A DNA stretch of 64,000 nucleotides from Antechinus flavipes (lineage: Eukaryota), in contig NC_067400.1 in the NCBI RefSeq assembly GCF_016432865.1, forward strand, positions 610,514,001 to 610,578,000. The letters are read 5' to 3'. Position numbers and translations under genes: made by a program. The notes under the pieces were generated by a model, which worked only from the letters and a program-made list of their open reading frames with translations, did no database searches and was not told the DNA's origin. Positions 59,800 to 64,000 of the stretch are shown here, piece by piece; the first letter of the stretch is position 1, and every line of letters begins with the position of its first letter.

Positions 59800-61829
59800 C
59801 CTTTTCTGAATAATTAGCAGAGCTCTGAATCACGGGATCCACATCACAGGTTGGTAGGGCAGGGAGAGGAGATTTCGTGAGAGTGATGTTGTTTTTTCAG
59901 AGTTTCCTCTTTAGCAGCCCCTAGTTCGAGGGTGTCAGAATTCAATCTCGTAGCCAGAGAAGGGGAGTTTTGTGAGCAATAAATTCCAGAATCCAGTTTC
60001 TTTGGCAGGACTAGAGTTGCCTGATAGGCAACCCCAAGTTTGAGAGTTGAGGGATCTATCAAGAAGAGAATTTTTGAGCAAAGGAATCAATCAATTGCAA
60101 CTTAATTGTTAATTGTAACATTATTAAGCACCTACTGTGTGCCAGGTACTATGCTAAGCTCTGAGGGTACAAAAGAGGCAGAAGACGGCGCCTCGTCTAA
60201 TGGCTCTAAGAGAGTCCAGAGGTTGATGTATGGGACCAGAGATTATCCGTGGCATTCGAACAACCAGGGAAGACTGAAGCTGATGCAGTTAGGTTTTGTT
60301 GTCCTTTTCCTTTCATCTTTTCTGCATTTTCTGATCTGGTTAATGGTATGGTTACTCAAACAACTCATGCTAACCTGGGTTTGAATCTGGGTCTTCTGGT
60401 TTTGCCTGGGTTCTTCAGTTTCCTCATTTGTGGGACTAGCGGACTTCTCAAGTCCCTTCCAATTCAGATGTCCTACCTGTAAGAGACTGCAGCTCTCACG
60501 TATGTAATCAATTTTTCCAGTCAGTTTGAGGTATCTGTTGTGTCTATGGCTTTCCAATTCAGTTTTGAAAAAAGTGTATGTGGTTTGGACTTGTGGGACT
60601 GCTAAGGAGGCTATAAGCCTTTGAGAACTAACAGCTAAAAAGCATCTAGATTGGGAAAGCGAGGCCCAGAAGGCCAAGGGACTTGCTTAGAATCACACAG
60701 TAAGTGTCAGGGGCTTCCTGCTTCCAAGCCCAGCACTTGAACCACTTGGTCCTTTTCTCCAGCATCCCTTTACCCATCTTCCCCCCTTTGCCCATCTTTG
60801 CACTGTGCACCCAAGATGAGAGAATTTCTCCACCTCTTCATCACCTGCAACAGATATCGGCGCTTACGTGGCGATTATATTCAGGGTGGTCGCTTTTTGT
60901 TCTTGTTATTGTGATCATCACGGACCGTGCAACGTCAGATGATTAAGGTCCCATGAAATGACAGTGTGTTGAAACTAATTCTGCCAAATGCTGGTCTGCC
61001 TCTCCAAGGAGAACCTGGGAGCTAGCCTGCTTTGGAGCTGCAAATCTCCTTCATCTTCTGCTTTCATTTATCACGAGAATATAAATATTTGTGTGTCTGA
61101 ATCTTTCCAAAATTATACTGGACCAAGATCTTACCTAAAGTTAAATTAGTGCTTCTAGACAGTCTGCAACTGAATAATTCTTAGCAGGCTCTTTTTCTAC
61201 TAACATCCATCCGGGGCCCAGGGTCCTTCACTATTTTTCTTTCCTTCATGGGTTGCCACGCAAAAGAACTCATGACCTAGTGGGCAGAGGAGTGGTGATG
61301 AGCTGCTTATTTCACGCATTTAGTCCAAGTTCTATAGGCTCTGTCTGTTGGTGGGACCACCCCCAGACTACAGCATGGAAAAATCTGCCAGGGCTAACTC
61401 TCTTCCTGCCCCCTCCTCCCAATCTTTGAGAGTCCCTGGTCACCCCCAACCCACAATCAGGCGTTCAAATTAGTGGTTGTGGATATTCGAATGGAAACCT
61501 TTGAGGTTTCAGGCACTGGCATAGGACTGAGCTTTCAAGCTGAGTCTTGCTTCTATTTGGGGGGAAATGGAATATTTTAAAGTAATAACAGAGTTGTGCA
61601 TGGAGTTAGATATCTTTCAATTTGACTATTACTGGGTTATTTAGAAGATGGAGAGTTATGGTTTGTGGGTTAAGTAGACTGTCTTCTGTCTTCTTTCCCA
61701 AACCCATGGCATTTGTGGGTGCCAAATTGTGAACAACAATAATAAGCATGTATACTCGCTCCCCTGACCTAGGATCTTATAATCTAAGGTTCCATTATGT
61801 CAAAAGTGAGACACTGAGAGAAGATAAGA

Positions 61830-62272
61830 GAATCAGAGAGAAGGCGAGAGAAAGGGAGAGAAAAAAGAGAAAGAGAGAGACACACAGAGAGAGATAGCGA
61901 CAGAGACAGAGAGACAGACAGAGAGAACGAGCGAGAGAGTGAAGGTTAGGAGAACCGGAGGAAGATAAGAAGGGAACAAAAAGAGAGAAAAGGAAATAGA
62001 AATGAAAGAGGAAATAAAGGAATGAATGAAGGAAAGGAGGAAATGGAGAGGGCGAGAAAGAGAGAGGAAGGGAGGAAGGAATGAGAAAATGAGACAGAAA
62101 GACAGATGGAAAGGGAGAGAGAGAAGAGGGAAGAAAGGGAGACAGAAAGAAAGAGATGGAGACACAGAGAGAGGTTGAGAGACAGAAAGAGAAAGAGAAA
62201 GGGAGGGAAAGTGGGAGAGAGAAAGAGGAAGAGGGAAGAGAAAAAGGGGAGGAAAGGAGAGAGGAAATGGGG
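61830..62272. repeat. Polypurine GA-rich tract
   Basis: Directly visible. Confidence 0.95.
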
Positions 62273-63667
62273 TACAGGCTCCAGCAGACTTTATTTTCCT
62301 ACAGCTTAGTGTGAACCACAAGCCCAAATCCTGGCAATGTGAGGGTTTATCCAGAATGTCCTCTGGGTAAAGCATTTCAGATGTGGGGGTGGGGGAATAG
62401 GGGGTACACACTTTGTGCATAGTTTAAATTCTTTTTAAGAATTTTTTTCTTTAAATTTCCCCCCCCTTTTCTCAGCAAGAAAAGACTTTGTCTTCTGTTA
62501 GAAACTCACATTCTGTGATTGTTGACGGCAGATGAAGCATTTCTGCTGGACCCAATGAATTCAGGTTTTACTCTAGGGCTGCAGAGCTCCCTCCCATGGG
62601 GACTGAGTTAACTGTTAAATTAAAAAAGAACATTTTATTGAAACTCTTTTTCCCCCCACCACAGTTATTTACTGAAATTCTCTCCTCCCCATCAAGTTCA
62701 GAAGGGGACACAGAAACAAACTGGATAATTGTGTTATTAACTTATTAAATTTAATAGACACTTTTTGAAGGAAAAAAAAAAAAACAAAAAACCCCAAAAC
62801 AAACTGTTCCTAACAGAAGTCCACAGTTTCATTTACAATTCTCTTTGATTCTTTGCACTTGGAGATTTGCTGTGGCTGAAGTTCAAAATAAGAGATTTTT
62901 TGCAACTAAAAAGATACATGGAAGATCATAACTACATAGGGAATTTCATTCTTTATGATGTTTTAAACTGCCAAACTAAGATTTTATAATCTTTTCTATT
63001 TGTAATGGAACATACATAGCTTTGGAGTGGCTTTTCTCAACCCCTTCAAGCACTGCTGGATCCTTTTCTAAGAGCAGAGCTGATGCATCTCCCCTCAAGG
63101 GGCTGGGGGGGACCCCCAGACACTAGGAGGTAGTTCTCTTTCTTTTTTTTTTAAAGAATTTTTTCCAATTATATATAATTTTTAACATTTATTTTCTAAA
63201 ATGCTGAGATCCAAATTCTTTCCTTTCTTCCCTCTCCTCATTACTGGGAAGCAGTTTTTGTATGCTATGGAGCTTAGGAGCCTTTTCTAATATTCCTCCC
63301 CACCACGAGGCTGAGCACTTATCCCTCTGATGTCAAAGTGGATTTGGGAGAGCTAAGAGTGATCAGGTGAGAGCTGACATAATTAACTCCATTTTATGTC
63401 CCGTTCACCATTTGACTCTGCATTTCCCAAGCAGGGACAACGGACTGGCTCCTGTCGGCATTTAATTGAGGCAAAAAGGCTTTATTTTGAAAAGAAGGGC
63501 TTGGATAGTTAAGAAGTCTGTGCTTCTTCTCCTGCTAGTTAGCATTGGTGAATAAGTTTGCTCCCAAGGAGAGGTTCCTTCTGTTGGAACAAATAATGGC
63601 GTAAGGACCTTTCCAGCCTATCTATGATCTACTTGCTCTGACCCATCCACTCTCTAATACTTTTGCT

Positions 63668-63862
63668 CTTTTATCTGGAATCAGGAATTTCAGACCTGGC
63701 CTTAGACTCTTCCTCGTTGTATAACTCTGGGCAAGTCACTTAACCCCATTTGCCTCAATTCAACTGTCTCCATCTGGAGAAGGAAATGGCAAACCACTCC
63801 AGTATCTATGCCAAGAAAGCCTCAAACGGGGCTGGCAGAGTTGATCACAAATGAAGAACAAC
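63668..63862 (+). mobile_element. MAR1-type SINE
   Basis: ctctgggcaagtcacttaacccc...ctggagaaggaaatggcaaaccactccagtatctatgccaagaaa. Confidence 0.85.
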
Positions 63863-64000
63863 CTCTTTTATCTGATTGATACATGGGCATGACTGGCATA
63901 GATATCATTAGCTGAGTTGTAACTAACACAAAGGTCCATCATCTCCTGGTGAGAGATGTCACAGTGGTTGAGTAAACTGCATTTTTCTCTGTCTATTAGT

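Noticed and set aside
1-64000. tRNA, rRNA, CRISPR, NUMT or prokaryotic/viral gene systems
   Set aside because: None seen. The tRNA-like A/B-box sequences belong to CORE-SINE heads.

Overview
This is eukaryotic DNA, and the repeat content points to a marsupial, probably Australian or dasyurid-like. The evidence is WSINE1-type and MAR1-type CORE-SINEs, MIR, marsupial-type L1 3' ends, a HAL1-like element, L2, L3/CR1, an RTE LINE remnant and a degenerate 7SL retrocopy. Five N-gaps, three of them beside young SINEs or microsatellites, indicate a short-read draft assembly. I recognise no known protein-coding gene. Nearly all ORFs in the track are chance ORFs, low-complexity reads, gap artefacts or LINE remnants. 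There is no CRISPR array, operon or prokaryotic system. Most of the window looks intronic or intergenic, with several unique motif-dense patches that may be enhancers. The best leads are: (1) a phase-compatible 3-exon minus-strand model at 32.6-33.8 kb that would encode a 116-aa signal-peptide protein with a KRK...GKK prohormone-like motif (unverified); (2) an RFX X-box/CRE-like cluster at about 3.1 kb next to a Kozak ATG and a splice donor; (3) a ~240-bp direct repeat with a 37-bp identical block flanking an internally deleted RTE; (4) a nested HAL1/L1/SINE composite; (5) an unusually CpG-rich old L3 copy. Repeat family names come from recalled consensus sequences, not from a RepeatMasker run, and repeat boundaries are approximate.
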